Of a stretch of DNA of 64,000 nucleotides, positions 49,860 to 62,125 are shown in pieces (positions within the stretch are counted from its first letter, which is position 1; every line of letters starts with the position of its first letter). The translations under genes were made by a program, and so were the position numbers. Origin of the DNA: Prorocentrum cordatum (lineage: Eukaryota); contig CAUYUJ010000214.1 in NCBI GenBank assembly GCA_963575745.1, forward strand, positions 1 to 64,000, in the 5' to 3' direction. The notes beneath the pieces were generated by a model. That model was not told the DNA's origin, did no database searches, and was given only the letters and a program-made list of their open reading frames with translations.

Positions 49860-50770
49860 AGGAGCTCAACCGATATCCCACAGAACACAGGCCGCACGCC
49901 GCCGCCCAGACTCTTTGAGGGCCGTTTCTCTCGCGGTTCGCGTCTCCGTATTTTGAGAGTTCCATTGAAGGCCCCTGCGGCACAGGCCGCGAGCCGCGCC
50001 CGGGCCATTTCAACGCGCTCGCCGCGCCATTCGTGGGCCCATAGGGACTGCCACCGAATGCTTTGCGGGATAGGCCGTTTGCCACCGCCCAGACCGTTTT
50101 AGTTAATTCAATGTACGGTTCGCGGACCCCCGCGGAGCTGTGCCAAATGTATTGAGGTTGCGCAGGACGCATGCCACCGCGCAGACCGTTGCAGCACGCC
50201 CATCGAACGGTTCGGCGCCCAATCATACGAAACCCCATCGAAGGCGTTTGTAGCGCAGGGCGCATGCTGCCGCTCAGACTTCTTTAAAACGCCAGCCATA
50301 CGCTCCGTGGCAATATGAGGGGTTCCGCCAGAAACGCAGGTGACACAGGCCGCGCGTCGCCGCCCGGGCCATTTCAATAGTCTTCGCACGATCCGCGGCC
50401 GCCTGAGGAAACGCCACTGAAGGGTCGTCAGGCACAAACCGCACGCCGCCACGCAGACCATTTAGCACACACCCCTCACGGTTCGTGGCCCCGTAGGGAA
50501 CTCTGCCGAAAGCGCTTGTGGCACATGCCGCGTTGCGCCGTCCAGACAATTTCAGCACGCGGCCAACGTGTTTTGTTGCCAAATGTGGAGCACAGGCCGC
50601 AAGCCGCCGCCCCAAGCCAATTCAGTGCTGTCTCGCGCGATTCGTGGGCCCACTGGGAGTTCTAGCGAAAGGTTTTGTGGCACAGGTTGTTTGCCGCCGC
50701 CCAGACCATTTAAGCGCAGTCATCACACGCTTGGTGGCTTCATGGGGAGCTCCACAGGATGCCCTTGTGG
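49860..50770 (+). repeat. Family E minisatellite (~90 bp unit), block 1
   Basis: GCACAGGCCGC..CGCCGCCCAGACCATTTCAGCACGC..TTCGTGGCCCCATAGGG units. Confidence 0.8.
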
Positions 50771-52009
50771 TAAATTTCGCATGCGCACTAATTGTTTTCG
50801 CGCGTGTCGGGCGGTCTTGTCTATTTTCGCGCTGCGTTCAGAAAGTGTTGGCTCTTTCGCCAGGCTCACTCTGTATTGGAGGGGCAGAAGGGAAACATCG
50901 GAAAAACGGACCAGCATGATGAGGACGATCGATGGCAGGGTCACTATTTGAAGGATGACGCAGGCGAGGGGCGCCTCCGATGAGGGGCATTCAGAGCATT
51001 TGTTTGGCATGTGGGCGAGCAGTGCTTCACAGTTACAATATATTTTGGTGCGACACGGAGCTGTCACAGTGCGTGGGCGGACGGCATTGGAGGCAGGATC
51101 GACGAGGGGGGCGTAGGAGCAGAATCGAAGGGGGACGAGGGGCAGAAACGGGGGCGGCGGGCAGGGCAGAGGGGGGGGCAGAGGGCTTTGCGGGGAAGCC
51201 CATGGAAGGCTCCGCGAGGGCTCCCATGGGCCCGCGGTGGGTCCGGACTCCCCCCACCGCGGTGGGTCCGGACTCCCCTCGGCATCGTTTTTTTACACGT
51301 CTGGGAGGACTGCCGAGGGGAGTCCGAACCCACCGCGGCCCCCATGGGCGCTCCCGCAGCGGTGGGTTCGGACTCCCCTCGGCAGTGGATTTTGACATGT
51401 CCGGAGGGGCATGGCGCGGGCTCGGCATGGCCCCCCGGGGCCCTCGAGTCCGTTGCGACTGGGGATCCAAAGCGCTGTCTGGGTCCCAGAGTTGTCGTGT
51501 CGTTGGGGGCATGGGCGGGGGAGTCAACCGATGCTGCCTCCAGATTATGACAGTGGGTGTGCGAAAATGAGCTGGTGGAGCCTGAGCGGGACCTGCAGTG
51601 GGCCGTCCTGGAGCTGTCTTCATGTCTAGTGCCAGTGCCGTATCAGGATGTTATGTTTTTTTCTCGGAGGCATCTTGGCGACTCCCTGGTGCCCCATGGG
51701 GGAGCAATGGAAGGCTTGGGATTGCGTTGCAGCGGACTCGGTTTGTCTTCGAGCCGTCCTTCGCCTGCCTTGGAGGCGACGTGGAGGCATGTGAGCCATC
51801 GGAAGAGTAGTGTGATGGAGCTCTTGGAGGCCGTCGTTTTGTTCTAATTCTCGTGTCTGTTGGGTCCTCGTTGTGAGCCCGCAGCGCTGAACGCCTCCTC
51901 TTCTGTCTTCCCCCCCCTCTACCGCCGCCTCCTACTCCAAGTCGCTTCATTTGCTCTTCATGTATCCTTTATTTGCATGGTGGATCTTTGCTTTGGCTCT
52001 GCCAATGCA

Positions 52010-53160
52010 GTTTCGGCACGCCGTCTGAACGATTCGTGGCCCCATAGGGCCCCGCCGAAGGCCTCCGTAGCACAGGCCTCTTTCCGCTGCCCGATGCCAA
52101 GTCAGCACGCACCCCGCACGGTTCGCGGCCCCATAAGACGGTGGCACCGAAGATTCTCGCAGCAAAGGATGTGCGCCGCCGCCCAAACCATGTCAGCACA
52201 CCCTTCGTTCGGTTCGTGGCCCCATAGGATGCTACGCCGAAGTCTTTTGCAGCTCGGGCCGCTTGTCGCCGCCCAGACAACTTAAGCACCCCCCTCAAAC
52301 AGTTCGTGGCCCCATGCGAAGTCCCACTTAGGGCCCTTGTAACACAGGCCGCCTGCCGCCGCCTAGTCCACTGAAGGTCTTGCTTCGCACCGCTCGTGGC
52401 CCCGAAGGGAACCCCGCCGAAGGTTTTTTGGGCATAGGCCGCATGCCGCCGCCCAGACCGCTTCAGTTCTGCATTCACACGATTCGTGGCACCATGGGAA
52501 GTTCGGCCGAACATTTCTGTTAGTGCGCAGGCTGCGTGCTTCCGACCGTGCAGGGTCAAATGAAGTATCCCGCGTATCGCGGCTTCATTGAGGTCAACGC
52601 GGAAGGTTGCTGTTGCACGCGCCGCGCGCCGTCGCCGAGAGCATAGCAGCACGTTCTCACGCGGCTCGGGGCTCCACAGGGTGCAACGCAGATGGCTTCT
52701 GTCGCACGGGCCGCTTGCCACCGCCCAGTCCACTCCAGCACCCCCTCACACTGTTCGTTGCCACACAGGGAGCTCGACCGAAATTTGTCGTTCCAGCACA
52801 GGCCGCACGCCGCTGCCCAGTGCATTTCATGTTTTAGCTCTTGCAATCGTGGTCCCATACGGAACCCCGCCGAAGGCCTTTGTAGCGCAGGCAATGTTTC
52901 GTTGCCTGGGCCATGTCAGCACGCCCTGACACGGTTTGTGGCCCCATAGGGAACGCCGCCAAACGTTTTGAAGCACAGGCCGCTTGCCGCCGCCGAGACC
53001 ATTTCAGTTTTTTCTTCATTCGGTTCGTGGCATCATAGGGAGCTCCACCGCCGGCCATTGTAGCACAAGCCGCGCGCCGCCGCCCGGACCATGTCAGTAC
53101 AGTCTTCACACGGTTCGCTCGTGGCCTCCAAGGGGGGTGCACCGAAGGTTTTTGCGGCAC
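52010..53160 (+). repeat. Family E minisatellite (~90 bp unit), block 2
   Basis: GTGGC anchor at 52036, 52125, 52216, 52306, 52396, 52486 (89-91 bp spacing). Confidence 0.85.
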
Positions 53161-53778
53161 ACTTCGCTTGCGGGTTCGATGTGCTGGTTAGTGTTGCATG
53201 CGCGCTGCGTTCTGAAATGGTCTGCGTCTTCGCAAAAATAAGTATGTGAGTCTGTGTGGGGCTTGTCGTGGCCCTTTTCTATGAATGCGTGGAACTGCGC
53301 CCTGAAAAAAGACGAGTCTTGCGTTTGGACGGCCGGTAATGTCAGTCATGCCAACCTTGCAGCGCGAACCCTTTTGAACCTAGCGTGAGACGTGCCTTCA
53401 CCGTCAGCCCCGACCTTGGGCGACACACGTGCGGCGCTGCAGACATTCCGCAAAACCGACTTCACCACAAGTGTGCGGGAGGCGCGCTAATCGCAAATAA
53501 TTGGGTACGCAATTGCCAGACGCGCAACAAAACGCAACATTTGTTGTACCGCCGCGCGACGAAAGCGTAAATCTGTGCGCCGGCCGAAAGCATTACAGGA
53601 CAGCAACACCGTGACACATGATGCAGCCAACTCTGACCACCGCCGGGGGACGCGGTGGGTTCGGTCCCGATTGCCTGGCTTTGTCCTCCCCAGCTTTTGT
53701 CCTCGTCCTGGCTTCGTTTTTTACCCTGGAGGCCGAGATTGCGATAACAAAGTCGCTTGGATTGAAAATCATACCTTC

Positions 53779-53986
53779 GTTCGGTAGCAAAGCATGGGAG
53801 CCCGGTCTACCCTCTCAGGTCCGCCGTCAGCGTCGATGAGCGCCTGGGAGGCGACGAGATAGCGCCGATTCCGCGTCGCTCAGCGTCGATTCAGCGTCCA
53901 TTCGCGTCGATTTGGCGTCGACTGGCGTCGATTCGCAGGAGCCGACAAGATGGGATGGGAGGCCCCCACGAGTTGCTGACCGACAC
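53779..53986. mobile_element. MITE-like element copy 1 (AGCGTCGAT core)
   Basis: GTTCGGTAGCAAAGCATGGGAGCC ... GGCCCCCACGAGTTGCTGACCGA; colinear with 55215-55442. Confidence 0.6.
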
Positions 53987-55214
53987 CTCGGAGGCCTGGG
54001 GAGGCGCCCCTCGTGGTGGTCGGAGGCCCCGGCGGGGCGGCCTCGGTGAGCAGCGCGCCGGCTGCCCGCTGTGTTTGCCCCGTGGCCCAGCGGGGCAGCG
54101 ACAGGCCAAGAGGGGGGGGGGGCAGAGTGGCTCGGGGGGGGGGGTCAAAGCAGGAAAAGGTACCCATACCTCTATCCTTCGCCCGTTCTCCCCCCTCTGG
54201 GCCTCCTCGGAGCCCTCGTCGCCACCACTGGATTCGCCCCGGAATCCTGGTCAGAACGCCCCCCGGGAGAGGTCCGGGGAGTAGCGGTATCGGTACCTCT
54301 TTGTTTCCCCTGGGGGGGCAAAGTTTCGGGCTTGCGAGGCTCCAGGGTTTCGGGCGTCGGTTCTCGGCGGTTCTTGCAGCCTCGGGCTGCTTTCCTTTCC
54401 AGCAGCTGCGCCTCGTCGAGGGCTGTCGTTCGGAGGAGGAAGGAAAAGGTATCCATTCCGCTACCCTTGCCCCGTTGTCCCCTTCCTGGGCCTCCCGGGA
54501 GGCCCTCGTCGCCACCGCTGGATTCGCCTCGCCTCGCAATTCTGGTAATAACGCACCCCGTGAGAGGTCCGGGGAGTATCGGTATCGGAACTTTTATTTC
54601 CCAAGTAATCGGCCGAGGGGGCGCGACCGGCTCTTGTTTTAAACTCATCACAGTCCGGAAACATCGAGGCCAAAGCCATAGGACTAGCAATGATTTGTGT
54701 CTCTTGGGGCCCTCTTGGGAGTGCTCTTGGAGGCCTCTTGGGGCGGCTTGGAAACCTCTTGGGCCGTCTGGAGGCTACTTTGGCGTCTTGGACCGATAGT
54801 TCGGCAATTCAGGGCCCTCTTGGACCCGGGACCCCCCTGGGACCCCCCCCCCGGCGGGGAAGGGATCAGAGGGAAGGGGCTTCCCTTTGACTCAACTACG
54901 ACGTTGCTGCTAATTTTGCTTGGGCTGTTGCGCTTGCGGAGGAGGGCCCAGGGAAAGGGGGGGGAGCAGCGACGGCGACGACGACGGCGACGACGAACGG
55001 AAGAGCGTCTTCCACACGCCGACAGGGTCGGCGGATTAATCTTCGGGGACCCTGGCAGGCAGTGGATATGGACATGTTCAGGCCCCCTGGGGCCAAACTG
55101 TGTCCATATCCACCGCCCCCTGGGGCCCCAGGACGTCGTATGTCGCCAGGCGGGGGGACATGGATAAATCCCCGCCCCGCGCCCTCTGAGAAGGCCCCCC
55201 CCCCCCACGTCCCC

Positions 55215-55442
55215 TTCGGTAGCACATCATGGGAGCCCTTTGTGCCCTCGTAATTCGGTCTTTAGCGTCGATTAGCGTCGTTTCGCGTCTGGGAGTCGAT
55301 GAGGGAGCGCCGATGTAGCGTCTCGGTTAGCGTCGATTCAGCGTCGACCTAGCGTCGATATAGTACCGATTTAGCGTCGACGAGCGTCGATTCGCAAGGG
55401 CCGACAAGATGGCATGGGAGGCTCCCATGAGTTGCCACCGAA
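55215..55442. mobile_element. MITE-like element copy 2 with 23 bp TIRs
   Basis: Left TTCGGTAGCACATCATGGGAGCC; right reverse complement TTCGGTGGCAACTCATGGGAGCC (20/23). Internal TAGCGTCGAT repeats. Confidence 0.7.
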
Positions 55443-55939
55443 CTTCACCCCTCGGCGCGCCGCCGACTCAGCCTAGCAGCACGTAGCCAGATCCACGCGC
55501 CAACGAACTCTAGCCCAATTCGGGGCGACAGGCTCGAGCCGCACCGTGTGCCGGGCCGTGTCGCCCTACCCCGCAGCCCGCGGAGCATGGGGCTGCCTGC
55601 ATGCGGAGTGTACAGGAGGAAACGTTCTCTCGGGGTGGCTCTTGTGGTGGTGGTGGAGGAGGAGGAGGAGGAGGTCTCAGAAGGAGAAGGAGGAGGAGGA
55701 GGAGGAGGAGGAGGAGGAGGAGGACGACGAGGAAGAGGACGAGGAGGTGGAGGAGGAGGAGGAGGAGGAGGAGGAGGAGGAGGACGTGCTTGATAACAAA
55801 AATGCAGACTGAGGAGGTCGCGTAAGATGCGCAACGAGGTTCCCATTAGGCCACGGGGCCCTGGTACAATGTTACAGAGATCAGCCCAGGGTCTCTCCGG
55901 TCGCTCAGGAAGAGGAGGAGGAGGAGGAGGAGGAGGAGG

Positions 55940-56425
55940 TAAACCCAAGGTGAATCAACGATGTAGTAGACCCACCCTGCATGATTCCTCTTCATAGGCC
56001 ACTCGGATAATGTATTTTCATTTCGAGAAGTGCCCCATTGGAAGACATCCGTCTGAGAATTCTCAAACGTGCTAAGACGCACTTCCTATCACGTCAACAC
56101 CGCGAATCAACGTGACTGCAACGTCCTGGTAACCCTAAACCGTGCTAGTACACCATGCCGGGAACCTCAACACCACGACTCAACGTGACTCTTGCGTCCT
56201 GACAATCCTCAACCATGCCAGAAATCCATCCCTGGGACTTCAGCCATACGAATCCTTGAAATGGAAGTGTCTGCGAACTTTCCAGACGAATGTGCGTGAC
56301 GCTAATGCGAGAGCCACTTTTTGAAAATGGATTGCTCTCCACCCTTGAAATGCTGCAGCCATGTAAGACGAATGTGCGCGGCGTTATTGCGAGGGCCTCA
56401 TTTTGCAAGCGACCCGCCCTCCATG
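55940..56425 (+). mobile_element. Family A partial copy
   Basis: TAAACCCAAG head after (GAG)n and two ~83 bp units; no tail. Confidence 0.65.
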
Positions 56426-56830
56426 AAGGAGGGGTCACGAAGGAAGGTGCACGCCGTTTCTTCGGGGTGATCGCTGAGCCCATTTGGGCCCGACGATTGC
56501 ACGCGGATGGGAGGAGGCAGGTGGGAGGAGGACGAAGGGAGAAGCGTGAGGATCCTCCCCTTCCCTTCACCTACTCCTTTCCCTTCTTCCCCTTCCCCCA
56601 CTCCTCATCCTGATCCTGCACCTTCTCTTCCTCCTCTCCCTCCCCCTCCCTTTGCTTCCTCCTCCTCCTCCTCCTCCTCCTCCCTCTTCCCCGCCTCCCC
56701 TTCCTCCTGCTCCTGTCATCACTCCCCCTCTTCAGCTTTGTTCCTCCTCCTCCTCCTCCCCGTCCTCCTCCTCCTCCTCCTCCCCGTCCTCCTTCTCCTC
56801 TTCCTCCTCCTTCTCCTTTTCTTCCTCCTC

Positions 56831-56832
56831 AC

Positions 56833-56879
<47 letters not shown>

Positions 56880-57205
56880 GCATCATCACCACAACCATCA
56901 TCATCACCATCATTATCATCACCATCATCAACATCACCGTCATTACCAGTATCATCATCATAATCAGCATTTACATCAGCATCATCAGCATCATTATCAT
57001 CGCCATCACCATCACCACCATCATCATCGCCAACACCAGCAGCATCACCATCATCACCATCACCACCACCATCATCATCACCACCATCTCCATCATTATC
57101 ATTATCGTCACCACCAGCATCATTATCATCGTTGGCACCATCATCGTCCTCGTCATCATCATCATCATCATCGTCATCATCATGAACACCAGCAACATAA
57201 TAATA

Positions 57206-57256
<51 letters not shown>

Positions 57257-57632
57257 GTCATCGACATCGTCATACTCATCGTAATCATCATCACCACAAA
57301 CAGCGACATAACCATCATCAGCAACACCATTCATCACCAACAGCACATCACCACCAGCAGCAGCAACAGCATCATCATCATGATCATCACCATCCGCATT
57401 CTCATTCGCATCATCATCCCATCACCATCGTCCCCTCCTCATCGTCAGCAGCATCATCATCCTCATCCTCATGCTCATCGTCATCATCATCATCCTCATC
57501 CTCATCATCATCACCATCATCATCATCACCATCATCGTCATCATCATCATCACCATCACGATCACCATCACCATTATCATCAGCATCAGCATCATCATCA
57601 TCATCATCATCATCATGATCATCATGATGATC

Positions 57633-57664
<32 letters not shown>

Positions 57665-57678
57665 CATCATCATCATTA
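56831..57678 (-). repeat. Degenerate (CAT)n field; resumes at 60030-60300
   Basis: Directly visible; interrupted by the LINE at 57680-60030. Confidence 0.95.
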
Positions 57679-57679
57679 T

Positions 57680-59781
57680 CAGACCATCAAGGACAACAAG
57701 GTGGTAGGCCCCGACGGCCTGCCGATTGAGGTGTGGAGGGCTGCCCGTGACCTCGCAGCCGACCACATTGCAGAGATCATCGAAGACGCCAATCTAGACC
57801 GATGATGTCCCCGTGGCATGGCGCGGGGCAGGGCGTCATCCGGACCGATGATGTCCCCGTGGCATGTCTCCGAAGACGTCATCCAGACCGATGATGTCCC
57901 CGATGATGTCCCCGTGGCATGGCGCGGGGGAAGGCTAGCCGAACTATTCCAAGGAAAGGGCGGCACGGCAGAGTGCGACATGTACCGTGGGCTCCTGTTA
58001 GGTGATCACGCTTCGAGAAACTTCACGGGGGTCCTGCGCCCGTCCGTTCAACGCCGAGTTGAGGAATTGCTACCTCCGCAGCAGTGCGGTGGGGTTGTGT
58101 GCTCGGGGCCAATCGTGGCCACCGCGTCGTGTCGAGCTTCGTCGAGAGGACCACCATCGAGAAGAGGCCGGCGGCCATTCTGTTCCTTGACCTCACGAAA
58201 TCTTTCGACAAGCTTGTACGCGAAATGGCCTTCCACCACCGAGGCGGATCTGACCGCACAGCTCAAGCAAGTAGGGGTCACGACACGGCAGCCTCGCATC
58301 TGGCCAAATACCTCATGCAACACGGTGGCATCTTGCAGCAAATCGAAGTCCCCGAGCACCTCATCAGCTTGGTGGCCAACCTGCAAACCGACACCTAGTT
58401 CGCACTCCTCCCAGAGGGCAGGGTCATCCAGACAACGAGGGGCTCACGCCAAGGCTGCCGCTTCGGCGCCCCTTGACCTTCAATATTGCATTTAGCGTAG
58501 CCCTGGGAGAGCGTCGAGCAGCGCTTGACGAGCTTAAGCTTACATTCGCTGTGGAGTGCGAGCCCAGCGGCCTGCCATGGGGCCACCAGCCCGGCGCCTT
58601 CCCCACGCAGACCGTGCCAGTTGGGGAGGTCACGTATGTCGATGATGAGACCAATTATTGTGGGCGAGGACAACACGAGCCTCAACCGCAATTAGCCGAA
58701 GCGGCGCACATCACCATGGAGAGGCACGGCATGCAGCTGAACTGGAAGCCCTGCAAGTCAGAGGCCCTCATCATGTGGAGGGGCAAGGGCGCCCGGGCCG
58801 CTAAGGCAGAGGCGATGATCGGCGAGCGCCTTGCCTTGGTCCTACGTGGAGTCCCAGGCATCGAGTGTCTCCTGGTGAGAGATGGCAAGCACTTAGGATT
58901 CATGCAGTCCGTGGTCGCGTTCTCTGCCCTGGACACACGCGCACGCCTACGGAAAGCATCCGCGGTGTTCCATGGCCTGGTGCGGAAGGTCTTCGCAGTG
59001 CAACACATGAGCGTGCAGCGTTCTAAAGCTCTGATCTGTGGGCGCCTTCGCGCACTTACGTACAGTGGTTGCGCACTTTTTATCTGCGCGCCGTGCGCAG
59101 GATGGCCCATGAGAGCCGCTTTCCGATCCCCAGGAACCCCCGACTCACCGATCTGGCGCTTCTGCAGACATTACAGCTGCCCGCTGCAGAACATTTACTC
59201 AGGCGGCGCCGCCTGTTTTACATGTCCAGCTTGATTTGCAAGCCCCTCCCTGCGCTACAGGCCCTCCTCCTGCCTCACTCGGCCTCTCCTTCCCCGCGGT
59301 CTCAACGAGTTCTCGCTGACCTCCAAGCGATTCCCGGGCTCGCGCCGCCACCAGTTCGGCGCAACCTAGCTGCGCTTGGGGACCCAAGCTCAGCAAAATG
59401 GGCAGCCGCATGGACAGAATTCATTGCCACCGACTGGTGGAAGTGGAAGCGTCTCGCCCAGGACGTTACGCTAGGATCGGCGTCTTTGGCCGACGACTCC
59501 ACAGAGTCCCTTGCAGTTCCGTGCCTGGAGTGTGCCACACTTTTCAGTAGCAGCAAGGCCGTGGCTACGCACAGGCTGAGGGTTCCCGGCCATCGGAAAC
59601 CTGTGGCGTCCGTGATCCCAGCAGGGGCTACTACGTCCCCTGCCTGTTCAAAGGATTTCGGGACCCTGACAACTTTAGACTTTGCCCAGCACAGAGCTCG
59701 CCAGTGCGGAGATGCGCTTCTCGCCCTCTGATATGTCAATCGTTCTTTGTGTCTTGCCGCACGACTGAGATCTATGGCTTG

Positions 59782-59852
<71 letters not shown>

Positions 59853-59877
59853 GTGTCTGTCTGTGTGTCTGTCTGTG

Positions 59878-59965
<88 letters not shown>

Positions 59966-59972
59966 CGTGTCC

Positions 59973-60030
<58 letters not shown>
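57680..60030 (+). mobile_element. 5'-truncated, degenerate non-LTR retrotransposon: RT plus C-terminal C2H2-like zinc finger, (TCTG)n tail
   Basis: KVVGPDGLPIEVW, WRGGRLAELFQGKG, YRGLLL, FLDLTKSFD, RGSRQGC, YVDD (58635-58646), KHLG and CLECATLFSSSKAVATH. Multiple frameshifts and stops; terminal stop at 59731; TCTG run 59786-60030. Confidence 0.88.
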
Positions 60031-60031
<1 letters not shown>

Positions 60032-60060
60032 ATCATCACCAGCATCGTCATCATCACCAC

Positions 60061-60107
<47 letters not shown>

Positions 60108-60115
60108 CAATCATC

Positions 60116-60147
<32 letters not shown>

Positions 60148-61254
60148 CATGATCATCATCATCATCATCATCATCACCATCATCATCACCATGAGCATCG
60201 TCGTCGTCGCCGTCATCATCATCATCATCATCATCATTATCCTCATCATTCCAGATCATCCTCCAGATCATCATCCGCATCCGCATCCCGTTTCTCATCT
60301 TCATCCCCATCTTGTTCATTATTCTCATCTTCATCCTCATCCTCGCCCTCTTCCTTATCCTCCTCATTATTATCTTTCTCCTCCTCCTCCTTATCCTTAT
60401 CCTTATCCTTATCCTTATCCTTATCCTTATCCTTATCCTTATCCTTATCCTTATCCTCCTCCTCCTCCTCCTCCTCCTCCTCCTCCTCCTCCTCCTCCCC
60501 ATCACCCCCCTCCTCCCCCTCCCCGTTCTTGCCATGCCCAGGCTGAGCTTCATGTCAGCCGGCCCTCCCAGGAGACCGCTCCCTGCCACACTCGCGGGCC
60601 TCGGCTCCGACGGGCGGGCCCTGCCCCGTGCGCGCGTACTCAGCCTGGCCCGCCGAGGCTGCACGCGCGGCGGCGTGACAGGCAGCACCGCGCTGGCGGA
60701 CCGAGCCGCCTGTGCACAACACCCCCCAGGCGACAGCGGCCCTGGGCCAACAAGGCGGGCGCAGGCCCGCAGCAAGTGGCGGCCACAGGCCGAGAACCGG
60801 AGCAAGGGGGCGATGCGTGGATCCGCCTGGCGGGGTTGGGGGGTTCTAATTCCAGCGACCTCCGGCAGCATCGTGAGCCCTCGCGGAGCCCCCTGGACTT
60901 CCTACGTTCGCGCATCGCGCTTTGCACGATGCGCGAACGCAGCGGCTGGAGCTCGCCAGCCAGGCGCCGCTGATCACAATTCACCGCCGAGGAGTGCCGA
61001 CGGAATGGCCCGGGGCACCGGAGACGACGCAGACGCCCGACAGAGATTTGGAAAAGGAAGAGGACGACGACCACCACCACCACGAGCACCACCTGGAGAT
61101 CAGCATCTTCTTCTCCTCCTTCTCCCTCTCCTCATCCTCCTTCCCCCCTCCTCCCTACATGCCCTCCTCCCCTCCCCCTCCACATCCACCCACCACTCAT
61201 CCTCATTCTCCACATTCTCCTCCACGTCCTCCTCCCCCCCCTTCTTTACAAATG

Positions 61255-62125
61255 ATTCTTCCCTGTCACAGCCCCAGACGTGTCGGCACGTCGGGCAGGG
61301 CGTTTCGCCCGAGACGTCCTCGCCATGGATGATCCTTCAGCTTCGTACTCACAGCAGCTTCGCGGATGGAGAGCGGGCCGGCTTCGGCAAAACGCAAAAG
61401 GGGGTAGGGGGAGGGGGGAAGGCTTCTTAGAAGCACCCCTGCTTCTTAGAAGGCGCGGGCCTTCTCTATAGACGTAAGGCCGAGGCCTTCTAAGAAGCAG
61501 GGTGCTTCTAAGAAGCCTTCCCCCCTCCCCCTACCCCCTTTTGCGCGCCGCCAACGGTTTCAAGGATGGAGGAGAGCGGGTGGTTGTCAAAACGTGATTC
61601 TCGCCTTGGGCGCCGCGCGCAGTCCTTCCTAACGTTTGCAGCAGTTGCACTGTTGGAGGGTGGGCGGTCTTCAACGTGCTGTTCACGCCGTTGCGCCGCG
61701 CACACTCGTCTTTAAGAGTTCGCGGGTGCAGGGCGGTTCTTTTCAACATGTAGCTCTCGCTGTAGCGCCGCGTGCTGTCTTGAAAGCTTGCAACCGCTTC
61801 AAGGAATCGCATGGTCGAAGTCCCAGGAATGGCTCTCTGGCACGATTCAGGGTTGCCAGAGAGCAACAGTCACGATGCTGCGTGGTGTTGAAGTCCGAGG
61901 AGTGGAGTCTGGCACGGCCCAGGGCTGTCGGGGCGCGACAGTCCTGTCGGCTCGCGACGCGGAAGCCCCAGGAAGGGCGTTGTGGCACGATTGAAGATTC
62001 TCAGACGGCTGTCTCACAATGTGGCACTTCCCGCAATGAATTGCATGTCTGTATGGCTCTATGAACAGAGAACTTGGAGGGAGGGTTTATTGCAGCATCG
62101 TGGACGCGTCATGGGTTACAGTGCT
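61255..62125 (-). mobile_element. Family A element (minus strand) carrying a palindromic insertion
   Basis: TCCCTGTCAC..GGGCGTTTCGCC tail, reversed ~83 bp units and ..ATGGGTTACAGTGCTCC head. Confidence 0.7.
61393..61545. mobile_element. ~150 bp near-perfect palindrome (MITE-like)
   Basis: CGCAAAAGGGGGTAGGGGGAGGGGGGAAGGCTTCTTAGAAGCACCC(C)TGCTTCTTAGAAGGC arms (~70 bp) around a ~12 nt loop; a single diverged arm at ~1386-1465. Confidence 0.8.

Noticed and set aside
59675..60546. TDRQ/SVCL repeat ORFs and YP/IL repeats
   Set aside because: They are translations of (TCTG)n, (CAT)n and (CCTTAT)n.
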